Shown: positions 18,148-29,677, counted from the first letter of the stretch. The stretch: 64,000 nucleotides of DNA from an uncultured cyanobacterium (GCA_963793265.1 CAWBZI010000007.1:192001-256000), one strand, 5' to 3'. Notes: a model not told the origin generated them from the sequence alone. Translations and numbers: made by a program.

Positions 18148-18885
18148 CTAACTTGCGGCTTTGGTTGCAGCGCCAATGTACATTACGCAATCGCCCTCAA
18201 AGCTCACCTGAAACTCACCGCTCTCCCAATACCGCCGTAAACTCTTCCACTTTCCTAACACACCTTTCCCGAACAGATCAAAGCCATTCACGGCAACAGT
18301 CTGCATTTTCTGTTCTTCAATCATCCCCACGAGTTCTGCGGGCTTAATGAACTTATCCCAATCGTGAACGCCGCAGGGAATTTGTCTGAGCGTATTTTCT
18401 AGTAGCCAAATCATCACCAGCTTTGACTGCCAGGTGCGGTTGATCGTATCGAAGCAAAACCAGCCGCTCGGCCCTAGCACTCGGCCAATCTCAGCAATAG
18501 TCTGCTGTGGATCTTCGACATGTTCTAAAACATCTACGCACACGACTACATCAAATGCTGCATCGTGAAAAGGTAGCTGCTCAGCATAACCCTGCTGATA
18601 GCTAATTTTAAGATTCACTTCATCCGCGTGACGACTAGCGGCTGCAATACAGGCGGCTGATTGATCGATTCCCGTTACCTGTGCGCCGCGTTCTGCTAAA
18701 AACTCACAGGTAAAGCCGCCCCCACAGCCAATGTCTAAGACGCTAAGTCCTCGCCAGTCGGTAATATACTGGTCAAAAAACTGGAACCGTAGCGGATTAA
18801 GCCGACTGAGCGGGGCGACGGTGGCGCTTTTGTTCCACCATTGAGCGGCCCACTGGTCATAATAGGAGAGGTTGTTACGCTGCAT
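18148..18885 (-). CDS. ubiG: UbiG-like SAM-dependent O-methyltransferase
   Basis: WW...PLSRLNPLR, VLDIGCGGG, DVLEHV, TINRT and HDWDKFIKP motifs. Confidence 0.8.
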   Translation of the reverse strand: MQRNNLSYYDQWAAQWWNKSATVAPLSRLNPLRFQFFDQYITDWRGLSVLDIGCGGGFTCEFLAERGAQVTGIDQSAACIAAASRHADEVNLKISYQQGYAEQLPFHDAAFDVVVCVDVLEHVEDPQQTIAEIGRVLGPSGWFCFDTINRTWQSKLVMIWLLENTLRQIPCGVHDWDKFIKPAELVGMIEEQKMQTVAVNGFDLFGKGVLGKWKSLRRYWESGEFQVSFEGDCVMYIGAATKAAS

Positions 18886-18893
18886 GAATTAGG

Positions 18894-19664
18894 GTGATTG
18901 ATACAAAAGAGGCTAACGTTTCTATCATTATTCCGACGCTAAATGAGGGCCGCTGTTTGGCCAGGACGCTTCGTCATCTAACCATATTGGAGCCCCCTGC
19001 TAAAGAAATTATTGTTGTTGACGGTGGCAGTACGGATGATACGGTAGCGATCGCTCAAGCCGCCAAACAGTCCGCAAAACAGTCCGTCAACGCCACTATC
19101 CTCCATAGCCCCCAGCCCAACCGCGCCCTACAAATGAACTTAGGCGCTGCGCAAGCCACAGGCGATTTCCTGTGCTTTCTACACGGCGACACGCTAGTGC
19201 CTGACGATTTAGTCGCTATCATTGCCACGACCCTGTCCGATTCTAAAGTAGCAGGCGGCGGTTTTATCTCGTTGATGACAGGCAAAACAACCCGGTGGGG
19301 CACTTCGCTGCACAACAGCTTAAAGACGTACTACGCGCCATTACTCTTTCGGCCCAGACTGTTCTTCCAAAGAGGATTGAGGCTGTTGTTTGGAGATCAG
19401 GTCATCTTTTGTCGTCGGCAAAATTTTATGGACTGCGGCGGCTACGACAGCGCACTTAGCATTATGGAAGAAGCTGATTTGTGTATTAAGCTGGCGCAAA
19501 AAGGTCGCATCTGCCAGGTTAACCGCACTGTACGTTCAAGCGATCGCAGAGTTGCAAAGTGGGGGCCACTAAAAGCCAACTTCATCTATCTATCCATTGG
19601 CTTTCTATGGGGCATCGGCGTTTCATCCAACACGCTCAAACGCTTTTACGAAGAAGTCCGCTGA
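18894..19664 (+). CDS. GT2 glycosyltransferase, TIGR04283-like (rSAM/arsenosugar-associated)
   Basis: SIIIPTLNE, VDGGSTD, RALQMNLGA, FLHGDT, FGDQ, IMEE and SSDRR motifs. Confidence 0.82.
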   Translation: MIDTKEANVSIIIPTLNEGRCLARTLRHLTILEPPAKEIIVVDGGSTDDTVAIAQAAKQSAKQSVNATILHSPQPNRALQMNLGAAQATGDFLCFLHGDTLVPDDLVAIIATTLSDSKVAGGGFISLMTGKTTRWGTSLHNSLKTYYAPLLFRPRLFFQRGLRLLFGDQVIFCRRQNFMDCGGYDSALSIMEEADLCIKLAQKGRICQVNRTVRSSDRRVAKWGPLKANFIYLSIGFLWGIGVSSNTLKRFYEEVR

Positions 19665-20350
19665 TTTAAAGCCCAGCTATAGGGAAGATACGCTATCTCA
19701 ACAGTGGTTGGAATTTTAGCGTTGTCAAGATAAGACTGAATATATTGAGGAACGGAATCGGCCTGCTTGAGAAAGTCTTCTTCGTACCATTCGAAGATTT
19801 TGCTGCAATAGAGTGTTTGCCTATCAGCGTCGTAATCAACTTTTTCAGGATTGTTGATAAAACGGTGTGCGTCTTCTTCTAGCTGCTCGTTCACCTGTTC
19901 TGGAAAGTAAGCACCGCTTCTTAGCAAAGGACAGCCTGAAGAGGCACACACCAGAGCAAAGTGCATACGCGGTTCGCTATAGCGCTGCTGCAAAATATCT
20001 TTTTCAATATTGTCTAAGCTTAGCGATCGCCCATTGAGCGTATAGATCTTTCCCTTGAAAAATAACAGAAAGCTAGCCCAGTTAGGAATGCCTAAAATTT
20101 CGGGCCGAATAGAGTCAATCGGATACTTTTGCAAAACCTGTCTAATGGTCAGCGCGTTATAAAGGTTGATCAGAAAGGCGATCGCGCCATCCCGAGTCAA
20201 CTGCTCGATATCAACAGCACTCACGTCCAAAAGCCATTGCTCAAGCCGATCTATTGACGCTACCTGCCACCGCTTGTAGTCCACCGCCCCAGCACTCACG
20301 TACTCACGCAGCATTTCATCCAATGGCCTAAAATCAATTGAGCTGTCCAT
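19646..20350 (-). CDS. DUF547 domain protein
   Basis: AFLINLYNALTI, SLDNIE, EPRMHFALVCASSGCP, SKIFEWY, YSWALN. ATG at 20350 preferred over the upstream TTG. Confidence 0.85.
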   Translation of the reverse strand: MDSSIDFRPLDEMLREYVSAGAVDYKRWQVASIDRLEQWLLDVSAVDIEQLTRDGAIAFLINLYNALTIRQVLQKYPIDSIRPEILGIPNWASFLLFFKGKIYTLNGRSLSLDNIEKDILQQRYSEPRMHFALVCASSGCPLLRSGAYFPEQVNEQLEEDAHRFINNPEKVDYDADRQTLYCSKIFEWYEEDFLKQADSVPQYIQSYLDNAKIPTTVEIAYLPYSWALNQRTSS

Positions 20351-20382
20351 AAAACCTTCTTTATCACACCTACTTTTTAGCA

Positions 20383-20862
20383 ATGTCTTGGCTTTCTACC
20401 CCTGCCCGTTCGGTTCGATCATTAGCCTGGCAAGGGGTGAAAAGCTGGGTACGCCGTAGTTTCCCATCAGTGCCCGCAGTTTCTACCACAACCCTAGCAG
20501 GCTGGCTGCAAAAGGAAACAGTTCAGCTGCTGCTAATCGACGTGCGCGCTGAAGAAGAGTATGCGATTAGCCATTTACCCCATGCCCACCGGGCGAAAAC
20601 AGTGGCCGAAGCTGAGCGCCTTATTCAGCGTATCAACCCAGTCGGACAGACGCCAGTCGTACTCTATTGCTCGGTAGGCTATCGCTCAGCGCGGCTGGGG
20701 AAAGCGCTTCAAGCAGCGGGCTACGATGTGGCGAATTTAGAAGGATCTATTTTTCAGTGGGCCAATGAAGGACGGCAGATGGTGAGTGAGAATGGGCCGA
20801 CGCAGCAGGTGCATCCTTATAGTCAAGTTTGGGGATGGCTGCTAGCGCCACCTGAAGATTGA
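20383..20862 (+). CDS. Rhodanese-like domain protein
   Basis: IDVR..EEY..SHL, YCSVGYRS, NLEGSIFQW motifs. Confidence 0.85.
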   Translation: MSWLSTPARSVRSLAWQGVKSWVRRSFPSVPAVSTTTLAGWLQKETVQLLLIDVRAEEEYAISHLPHAHRAKTVAEAERLIQRINPVGQTPVVLYCSVGYRSARLGKALQAAGYDVANLEGSIFQWANEGRQMVSENGPTQQVHPYSQVWGWLLAPPED

Positions 20863-21596
20863 GTGCGTTTCAGCTCGTACCACAGGGGCAAATCTTCTGG
20901 ACGATCGATGTCAGAGAGGGGATTGAGTCGGGCAGTAGAAAGATTGTGGTGAGTTGCGATCGCCTCCGTTTCTGTCAGTACCCGCTCTGTGCTCCAGGGA
21001 ATATTCTCAAACAAAAATGGATAAAACTGGCTGAGCCCAATTAAATAATAGCCCCCGTCTAGCGCAGGCCCTAACGCCACATCATGCGTATCTAATAGTC
21101 TCAGCGCTGCCAAGATCTTCTGATTATCTAGCTGCGGGCAGTCGCTCCCTACAACAATAATCTTGCTCAGCCCGCCCTGAAATCCTTGCCTTAACGCTGC
21201 TACTAACCGATCTCCCAAGCTTCCTGACTGTTGTGGAATGAGAGTTTGAACGGTGGGGAACTTAGGGCTTAGCCAATCTGACATTTGTTCGGTGGTGCCG
21301 CCTGCAAAGTGGATCTGAAGGGATAGCGATCGCTCAGAAAACTGCTGAAACCGCGATAGTAAATGTTCGGTCATTTGCTGCTGCAAGTCAGCGGCTCCGC
21401 GATCGCCCAAAGCCGGGATAAGCCGCGTTTTAGTGCATCCCGGCTGAGGAAATCGGGTAAACACAAAGAGTCCGTCGCTAGCTAAAGGCTTCAAAATACT
21501 ATTATCAGACCTATCTTGTGAAATAGAAATAAGAGAAGGAGAAGCAACCATAGTCTGAAAAATCTTAATTTCTCTGTACTTTGACAGAGAAAGCAC
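20823..21596 (-). CDS. TIGR04282/DUF2064-like transferase (CofC-like); true start may be ATG 21551
   Basis: FTRFPQPGCTKTRL, GSDCP, GPALDGGYYLIG, WST and DIDRPEDL motifs. Confidence 0.85.
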   Translation of the reverse strand: MLSLSKYREIKIFQTMVASPSLISISQDRSDNSILKPLASDGLFVFTRFPQPGCTKTRLIPALGDRGAADLQQQMTEHLLSRFQQFSERSLSLQIHFAGGTTEQMSDWLSPKFPTVQTLIPQQSGSLGDRLVAALRQGFQGGLSKIIVVGSDCPQLDNQKILAALRLLDTHDVALGPALDGGYYLIGLSQFYPFLFENIPWSTERVLTETEAIATHHNLSTARLNPLSDIDRPEDLPLWYELKRTQSSGGASSHPQT

Positions 21597-21657
21597 GCTT
21601 AGCGGATCGCTTTAAGGAGGTAAAAACGTTACGATCCTAGAGTCGCTGGATAGTTTT

Positions 21658-22317
21658 ATGCCTCAAGTGCCCGCTGCATTAGTCAATCAAGCTGCTGTCG
21701 AAATTGAAGGCCATCAGGCCCAGCTTGTCACCTTCAACACCGTTGAAAATCACCCCCTAACCTGGCAGCAAATCGCTCAGCACCTGACCAAAGACAGCGA
21801 CTTTCGCACGCTATGGAACCACACCTGGGCGACCCTTCCCTTTGATTTTGAATGGAAGCCCGTTCCCATTCATCCTTACACCGCCCAGACGCATCCTTTT
21901 TTTGCGATCGCCTTCCCCGCCAAATTTCGCCCGGCTAATCCCAAAGACTTTCAGCACTACCTCACAGACTTAGCACCAGATGAGCTAACGGCAACGTTCG
22001 ATAATTTTTCAGGCGACGCGCAGCTACTTATTCCTGCTAATACAGGAGACTACGGCCATATTGCCGCTTTTTGTAGAACGGCTGAGCCCGAGGCTGCGCG
22101 CGCGCTTTGGCAGGAGGTAGGAAAGCTTTGCTTGGCGGCGATCGCCCAGCAAACCCCAGTCTGGTGCAACACCCACGGTCACGGCGTACCCTGGCTACAC
22201 GTTCGCTTCGATAGCCGGTTAAAGTACTCGATATTCCCACCTCGCGGCAACATCACCGCAAACTCTCAAGCCGTTTGGTACGAACAGATATACGCTCAGG
22301 TGCAGCCGGACAACTGA
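21658..22317 (+). CDS. Conserved hypothetical protein (DUF6940-like)
   Basis: NFSGDAQLLIP, YGHIAAF and WCNTHGHGVPWLHVRFDSRLKY resemble this family, from recall. Confidence 0.55.
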   Translation: MPQVPAALVNQAAVEIEGHQAQLVTFNTVENHPLTWQQIAQHLTKDSDFRTLWNHTWATLPFDFEWKPVPIHPYTAQTHPFFAIAFPAKFRPANPKDFQHYLTDLAPDELTATFDNFSGDAQLLIPANTGDYGHIAAFCRTAEPEAARALWQEVGKLCLAAIAQQTPVWCNTHGHGVPWLHVRFDSRLKYSIFPPRGNITANSQAVWYEQIYAQVQPDN

Positions 22318-22357
22318 AGTTGGTACTATAGCCAGTAATCGTTTATGCGCCAAATCT

Positions 22358-22978
22358 ATGACGGCTGCTATTACAGACGCTATCAAGACCATAGCTGTAG
22401 CAGAACAGCGCTTTAATCTATCAAGAGCAGAGAACGAGACGTTTTTTACTGAATGGCAGACGACGCTGCCTGAGCTTAGCGAGCGCACAAAAATCCAGCT
22501 AGATGAGCTACGTCAGCGCTACCTATACCAGCGCTCATCTGGGCAGCTCTTGGAGGGAACAGTCACCTTACTTTTAGCCTCTCCGTTGCTGGCAGCAGCG
22601 GGTTTTTATGATCCGCCTTTTCTAGTCAAAGCCGAAAATTCTATTCAACTGCGAATAGAAGATAGTGAAGAAGTGCTCTGCGGACAGATAGACGTGCTGG
22701 TACTGAAAGATCGGCTGTGGGTTGTCGTATTAGAGTCTAAGAAGACGGCGCTATCAGCGTGGGCTGCACTCCCGCAAACGCTCGCCTATCTAATGGCAAA
22801 CCCTCAACCGGATCAGCCTAGCTTTGGTATGGTCACCAATGGCGACGATATCTTTTTTATCAAGCTTATGCAGCAGCCTCAGCCGCAATATGCTTTATCG
22901 CGCGTGTTCTCACCGCTTATCTCCAAGCAAGAGCTTTACAACACATTGCAAATTCTGAGGCGACTTGCGCAGGTGTAG
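22358..22978 (+). CDS. Cyanobacterial PD-(D/E)xK protein (HsdR N-terminal-like)
   Basis: GQIDVLVL...VVLESK, LPQTLAY and GMVTNG motifs. Confidence 0.75.
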   Translation: MTAAITDAIKTIAVAEQRFNLSRAENETFFTEWQTTLPELSERTKIQLDELRQRYLYQRSSGQLLEGTVTLLLASPLLAAAGFYDPPFLVKAENSIQLRIEDSEEVLCGQIDVLVLKDRLWVVVLESKKTALSAWAALPQTLAYLMANPQPDQPSFGMVTNGDDIFFIKLMQQPQPQYALSRVFSPLISKQELYNTLQILRRLAQV

Positions 22979-22994
22979 TTTGAAGAAAGTCGCC

Positions 22995-23291
22995 TTAGTT
23001 GATTTTTAATAGCGACAACAAAGACTCTCCTGTCAACTGTTCAATTACAATGCTTTCTTTTTTAGCTTTAGACAGCCGTTTGATTCGATATTCAGCTTTA
23101 GCTGCTAAAGAGCGAATGCCGATCTCAGCCGAGTAGACCATCGTCAGCGGCCCCTTAGCTCTAAGATATTTAGCACCCTGCTTACCGCTCTCGTGCTCGG
23201 CTAGTCGCTGCAATACGTCTGTAGTAATGCCAGTATACAAGGTGTTGTAGCGGGTTCTGACAAGGTATACAAACCAGGTTGATTTACTCAT
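22995..23291 (-). CDS. GIY-YIG nuclease family protein (UPF0213)
   Basis: FVYLV...[15 protein letters not shown] and EYRIK motifs. Confidence 0.88.
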   Translation of the reverse strand: MSKSTWFVYLVRTRYNTLYTGITTDVLQRLAEHESGKQGAKYLRAKGPLTMVYSAEIGIRSLAAKAEYRIKRLSKAKKESIVIEQLTGESLLSLLKIN

Positions 23292-23321
23292 TGTTGCACC
23301 GTTCGTTGCACTGCGCTGTGC

Positions 23322-24227
23322 CTATGCTATCTGCTGGCTTTGCTTTTTTATGCTGCTCAGCGCACTGTACAAGTCTTGCGTGTGCGGCCAGCCGACAAAT
23401 CCTGCAAAAAGACAGTCTCCCATATAGTTTGATAAAAATACATGGTGAATGTTCATGCGGCTACGCCAGGTGCGGAGGACTAAGCTGTCGGGCAGCAGCG
23501 CCCAGACTTCAGACTTTTCAAAGCCGCGATAGTGAGCGTCTGTAATACCAGGAATGGCCTGCAACTGGCGGATGAGGCGATCGCAATAGCTCTCAACCGG
23601 CTCGGGCACACACAGGCCCCCCTCATGCTGCCAAAACTCTCGAATAATGCTAGCCACCTCAGGATGCTTCTTCATCCGATCGTGGTTGATGTGGTTCACT
23701 TCTACATAGCTCGCTCGGTGAAACCGTGTGCACTCCACCGGCACCACGCCATCGCTGCCATCGTCATAGTCACCTGCAATAATCAGCGTCGGCACCTCAG
23801 CCGCTATTCGCTCAGCTAAGGCCCGCCGGTTTGTGCCCAAATCTCTAGCAATGCCAATCCCCATCCCCAGCGGATCGACCATGCGGCTAAGGTCTGCACC
23901 CCCCACAGGAGAAGCGACTAATACCAAAGACTCCACCATTGGCCACCATTCAGGATGTCGGGTAAGCACTTCTAGCCAGATCAAACCGCCCATCGAATGC
24001 CCCACAATTCGTAGCGGCGTATCGGGCTGCTGGGCCTGGGTTTGTTGCGCGATCGCCTCTACTCGATCAATCAAAGGGGCTATCCGAATCCAGGTATTCA
24101 CAAAGCCTAAATTTGGAACAACTACCTGCGCCTGCGGGCTGGCAATTTGTTTTGCTAGCTTTCCGATGCCTGTATCGATATCGGCCCAACCGTGCTGCGC
24201 GTAGAGAATGTAGTCAGGCTCAAGCAT
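23322..24227 (-). CDS. Alpha/beta-fold hydrolase (lipase-like)
   Basis: QHGW, GHSMGG, SDGVV and conserved His. Confidence 0.8.
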   Translation of the reverse strand: MLEPDYILYAQHGWADIDTGIGKLAKQIASPQAQVVVPNLGFVNTWIRIAPLIDRVEAIAQQTQAQQPDTPLRIVGHSMGGLIWLEVLTRHPEWWPMVESLVLVASPVGGADLSRMVDPLGMGIGIARDLGTNRRALAERIAAEVPTLIIAGDYDDGSDGVVPVECTRFHRASYVEVNHINHDRMKKHPEVASIIREFWQHEGGLCVPEPVESYCDRLIRQLQAIPGITDAHYRGFEKSEVWALLPDSLVLRTWRSRMNIHHVFLSNYMGDCLFAGFVGWPHTQDLYSALSSIKKQSQQIA

Positions 24228-24330
24228 AAGAATTAAGAGAGACTTTAGGAGATATTTGCGCTTACTGTAGTCAGTGATTATGCGCTGCGTCTAGTGTGGG
24301 TAGACATCTTGGCAATTGTCTTTACGGACG

Positions 24331-25305
24331 TTAGCAGAGTCGCAAAATAGCGGGCGGCTCGGCCACAACGTATAAAGTTTTCCCGGTACGTGGATGCAAA
24401 AATCGCAGGCGGTGTGCGTGCAAATGGTAGCCACAGTCACCCGGCATCGCCTTGCTACCTGCAATCGGCACACCACCAGCGGCATAGAGCGGATCGCCTA
24501 GCATGGGGAAGCCTGCCGCCGCTAAATGAATCCGAATTTGATGCGGCCTGCCGGTCAAAATAGAAACATCTACCAGGGTCGAGTCGGCATCGCGACGCAG
24601 CACCGTGCACTCACTTTTTGAAGCTAGGCCGCCTTCACAGTGGCCGTATAAGTAGCTCAGTCCTTCGTAGGGCAGCTTGCCGATGGGATAGTCGCAGGTG
24701 AAGCGATCGCTCAACTCATCCACCGAAGCAGGCCCAATCAAGGCCCGATAAACCTTGCTCAAAGACCTCACTCTAAACTGCTGCGAAAGCAGCTCTCTAG
24801 CAGTCTGAGACTTCGCCACTAAGATTGCGCCTGAGGTGCCTCGGCCTAGTCTGTGTACGGGTACGGGCGTTTCGTTTGGGTAGCGCGATCGCATCTGATG
24901 CAGCAGCGTGTGCTCTAAAAAGCCGCCGCCGGGCAGTACGGGTAGGCCAGAAGGTTTCGCGATCGCCCAAAAGTCCTCATCCTCATACAGCACCCCAAAA
25001 TCTAGCGGCACCATCGGCTCTGCCCAGGGCAGTCGGTAGTAGGAAAGCTCTCCTGTAGATAAGCGTGTTTGCGGGGTCACTGACTGGCCGTTCAGCAGAA
25101 TCTGGCCGGTTTCGATGCGCGATCGCCATTCCTCACGGGTCGAATGCTGATAGCGCGAGGTGTAATAGTCCAGCACTGTTTGACCCACCGCCGCAGGCTT
25201 CACCCGGTCAAAATACGTCCAGCCCTGGTTCATCACGTGTTGTAAATCAGCCTGCACGTCTTCGTCGCCTGATAGATAATCTATCGTGAGCATACATTTT
25301 TCCAA
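24331..25305 (-). CDS. RluA-family pseudouridine synthase
   Basis: KPSGL, HRLGRGTSG (catalytic Asp position reads G) and TGRPHQIRIH motifs. Confidence 0.85.
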   Translation of the reverse strand: MEKCMLTIDYLSGDEDVQADLQHVMNQGWTYFDRVKPAAVGQTVLDYYTSRYQHSTREEWRSRIETGQILLNGQSVTPQTRLSTGELSYYRLPWAEPMVPLDFGVLYEDEDFWAIAKPSGLPVLPGGGFLEHTLLHQMRSRYPNETPVPVHRLGRGTSGAILVAKSQTARELLSQQFRVRSLSKVYRALIGPASVDELSDRFTCDYPIGKLPYEGLSYLYGHCEGGLASKSECTVLRRDADSTLVDVSILTGRPHQIRIHLAAAGFPMLGDPLYAAGGVPIAGSKAMPGDCGYHLHAHRLRFLHPRTGKTLYVVAEPPAILRLC

Positions 25306-25308
25306 CGC

Positions 25309-26484
25309 TTGCTAATGTCTATTGATACATCCATTCAGCGGTCGAAAGTATTACTGACGGCTTTTTTAGCGGCTATCTTACTTGGCGGCTGCGCCCTGCC
25401 CCAGGTCAGCGCCCAAGACCGACTGTTTTTAGATGTCTCTGCGGAGCTAACCGGCAGCACCGTTTTGAGTGAGCAGAGTTTTGAGGGTGAGCCAGTGGGA
25501 GGAATTTCTGCGATCGCCTACGATATTCCGCGTGATCGCCTCTACGCCCTTTCAGATAATCGCGATCGCCCCCGCTTCTACACCCTCACCACCGCCGACT
25601 TACAAACCCAAAACCCCACCCTCGCTGTCGAAAGCGTCACCTACCTCAAAGACGAACAGGGCAACCCCTACACCCCCGGCGACATCGACCCTGAAGGCAT
25701 GGCCCTTACCCCCACTGGCACCCTACTAATTTCCAGTGAAGGCTCCCCTACCCGACGCGTCGCCCCCGCTATTGGCGAATACGATTTGGCAACCGGCAAA
25801 CTTCAAAAAGCCTTCCCGCTCCCGACCCGCTACATTCCAGACAGCGTACTCAGCGCAGACGCCTCCGCCCTCGGCAAAGACCAGACTCAGGGCGTCCAAG
25901 AAAACCTCAGCTTTGAAGCGCTTACCATCAACGTCTCATCCGGTGCAGGCGGCGTCTACGAGCCCTACCGCCTCTTTGTTGCCACTGAAGGCCCCTTACT
26001 GCAAGACCTCGACTTTGCCCCCGATATTCCCTACAAAAACCGTCTGCTCCACTACACCATCGACCCCTATCAAACCACCATCATCTCCGAGCACCTCTAC
26101 GAAATGGACTTAGCTCCCTCTGGCGCAGTGCTCCACGGCCTCTCAGAGCTTACGCTGCTCGACCGCGGCGGTCACTTCTTAGCACTAGAGCGTTCCTACG
26201 GCTTTCAAGGCTTTGCAATTCGGCTCTATCAGTTGGCCTCAGGTGGCGCGACAGATATTAGTGCCATCGACTCTCTTAAAGCCGACACCAGCGGCATCAG
26301 CCCTATCCGCAAAGAACTCGTACTCGATTTAGCTGAGCTGCCCATACCGCTACAGAACTACGAAGCGATGACCTTTGGCCCTAGCCCCTCAGAGCGTAGC
26401 CGCACATTATTAGTGATGAGCGATGATAACTTTGACGCAGATCAAGAAACCAGGCTGCTTGTGTTTCAGCTTCAGGCGTCCTAA
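25309..26484 (+). CDS. Esterase-like activity of phytase family lipoprotein
   Basis: LLGGC lipobox, GGISAI, LSD, DPEG, NLSFEAL, LER, NYEAM and SDDNF motifs. Confidence 0.82.
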   Translation: MLMSIDTSIQRSKVLLTAFLAAILLGGCALPQVSAQDRLFLDVSAELTGSTVLSEQSFEGEPVGGISAIAYDIPRDRLYALSDNRDRPRFYTLTTADLQTQNPTLAVESVTYLKDEQGNPYTPGDIDPEGMALTPTGTLLISSEGSPTRRVAPAIGEYDLATGKLQKAFPLPTRYIPDSVLSADASALGKDQTQGVQENLSFEALTINVSSGAGGVYEPYRLFVATEGPLLQDLDFAPDIPYKNRLLHYTIDPYQTTIISEHLYEMDLAPSGAVLHGLSELTLLDRGGHFLALERSYGFQGFAIRLYQLASGGATDISAIDSLKADTSGISPIRKELVLDLAELPIPLQNYEAMTFGPSPSERSRTLLVMSDDNFDADQETRLLVFQLQAS

Positions 26485-26857
26485 ACTTCGGCTGCTAACT
26501 TCTATCAAAAGAGAGAGGGAGTTTAGTTTGGTTTTAAGTAGCTGTTGGCGACGCTTTAACTTTTTCTTATTTTTCTTAAGCGGCGCTTATTTTAAGACAG
26601 CTTTTTGTGCAGTCACTTAATGCATTTTTTAGGCCGCTAAAAGTTATTATTTTTGGCGACCTTACTCAACTTCAAAAAACGCTGAAACCCTAGCAAATAA
26701 AGCACTTTGATTCAGATCGTCAGATCTCAGAATCGGCATTTACACCGGCCTTACAGCTCATTTATCGACCGCCTGCTTTGCAAGAAATTACGCATCCTTG
26801 CGCCCAAACGATGATAAATTGAGCAACAGCAAAGGTCAATTATTAAAGGTTTCATAA

Positions 26858-28018
<1,161 letters not shown>

Positions 28019-28171
28019 GCTCTGATCGTTTGAGTTTGATTGGTGAAAAGGTCAGTTTGCATGTTTGAAGTGCCGACTGGCCTTTTTACTAGCTACTGGC
28101 ATCTTCAATTCGGTTTCCTCTACACGCTTCCGTACACTTACTTCTACTACTGCCACGCACTTTTTTAATCT

Positions 28172-29317
28172 ATGCGAATTGCAATTTTCACGGAAACCTT
28201 TCTGCCTAAAGTGGACGGGATTGTCACTCGTTTGAAGCACACCGTTGAGCACTTGCAGAGCTTCGGGAACGAGGTGTGCGTGTTTTGCCCTGATGGCGGG
28301 CTGCGTGAGTACAAAGGCGCAAAAGTAGAAGGGATTTCTGGCTTCCCGCTGCCGCTTTACCCAGAGCTAAAGCTGGCCTTACCTCGACCTTCGATGCGAG
28401 AGGCGATTGAAGCTTTTAAACCCGACCTAATTCACGTTGTCAATCCTGCCGTTCTAGGCGTGGGCGGCATCTACTACAGCCGCTCGCTCAACATTCCGCT
28501 GATTGCGTCCTATCACACGCACCTGCCTAAGTATTTGGAGCACTACAACCTTGGCATGTTAGAAGGGGTGCTGTGGGAGCTGCTGAAGGCGATGCACAAC
28601 AAAGCGGCTTTGAATTTGTGTACCTCTTCGGTTTTGCAGCAAGAGCTAATCGATCATGAGATCGAGCGGGTAGAGGTGTGGCAGCGCGGGGTTGATACTG
28701 AGCTGTTTCGCCCAGATTTGCGCAGCGATGAAATGCGATCGCGCCTCACAAACGGTCATCCCGACGCGCCAATCTTGATTTACATCGGTCGTCTCTCTGC
28801 CGAAAAAGAAATTGATCGCATTAAGCCCGTCCTAGACGCTATGCCGGGCGCTCGTTTGGCCTTAGTCGGCGACGGCCCTTATCGTGAAGAACTCGAAAAG
28901 CATTTTGCAGGTACGCCTACAAACTTTGTGGGCTACCTGGCGGGCGAAGAACTTGGTGCGGCCTATGCCTCTGCTGATGCGTTTATTTTCCCTTCTCGAA
29001 CTGAGACATTGGGTTTGGTGCTGCTAGAAGCGATGGCCGCAGGCTGTCCGGTGGTGGCTGCTCGCGCGGGTGGTATTCCTGATATTGTGACCGATGGCGT
29101 CAATGGCTTTATGTTTGACCCGACCGATGAGCAGGGGGCGATCGCAGCGACTCAAAAGCTATTAGGGATGAAAGCCGAGCGCGAACTATTACGGCAAAAT
29201 GCTCGGGTAGAAGCTGAGCGCTGGGGTTGGGAAGCTTCTACCCGGCAGCTAGAGCGATACTATATTGCAGTTTTAAGCAGGGGTTTGAATGGGGGAGAAA
29301 TGGTGATCGCAGCTTAG
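28172..29317 (+). CDS. sqdX: Sulfoquinovosyltransferase (SQDG synthase)
   Basis: GT4 with FTETFLPKVDGIV, SYHTHLP and ETLGLVLLEAMA; directly follows sqdB. Confidence 0.93.
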   Translation: MRIAIFTETFLPKVDGIVTRLKHTVEHLQSFGNEVCVFCPDGGLREYKGAKVEGISGFPLPLYPELKLALPRPSMREAIEAFKPDLIHVVNPAVLGVGGIYYSRSLNIPLIASYHTHLPKYLEHYNLGMLEGVLWELLKAMHNKAALNLCTSSVLQQELIDHEIERVEVWQRGVDTELFRPDLRSDEMRSRLTNGHPDAPILIYIGRLSAEKEIDRIKPVLDAMPGARLALVGDGPYREELEKHFAGTPTNFVGYLAGEELGAAYASADAFIFPSRTETLGLVLLEAMAAGCPVVAARAGGIPDIVTDGVNGFMFDPTDEQGAIAATQKLLGMKAERELLRQNARVEAERWGWEASTRQLERYYIAVLSRGLNGGEMVIAA

Positions 29318-29677
29318 CTACGCCAAGCTGCGATCACCAGTACCGAAATCGGTATACTGGCGCACCTCGGGCTCATGAAAAGCAAGCACAATATCTTCTT
29401 TAGGAACGCCCATCTCTACTAGCTGATTGGCAATACCGACTTCTGTGCCATCGTGCTGAATCCAGATTTTGCCGTCTTTGATGTCAAGATGTAAAAGACA
29501 GCCGAAGCTACGTTTATTGCCACGCCAGCCAACGTGAAGTAACTGGTAATGATTTCTTTCAGTGTCAAAAAGCGTCTGAATTTCATACTCGCGCGCGTTC
29601 TTTTGCAGTGAAGAAGCTCGTTGACTACGCTCAAAAAGAAGATCTTGAATATACTGCTGATACTGCTCTACGGCCAT
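29318..29677 (-). CDS. xisI: XisI protein
   Basis: HYQLLHVGW, HLDIKDGKIWIQHDGTE and GVPKEDIVLAF motifs. Confidence 0.93.
   Translation of the reverse strand: MAVEQYQQYIQDLLFERSQRASSLQKNAREYEIQTLFDTERNHYQLLHVGWRGNKRSFGCLLHLDIKDGKIWIQHDGTEVGIANQLVEMGVPKEDIVLAFHEPEVRQYTDFGTGDRSLA

Noticed and set aside
26555..26580. Possible Pho box upstream of sqdB
   Set aside because: Only one good PyTTAAPyPy unit, the 11-bp periodicity fails, and it lies about 300 bp from the start.
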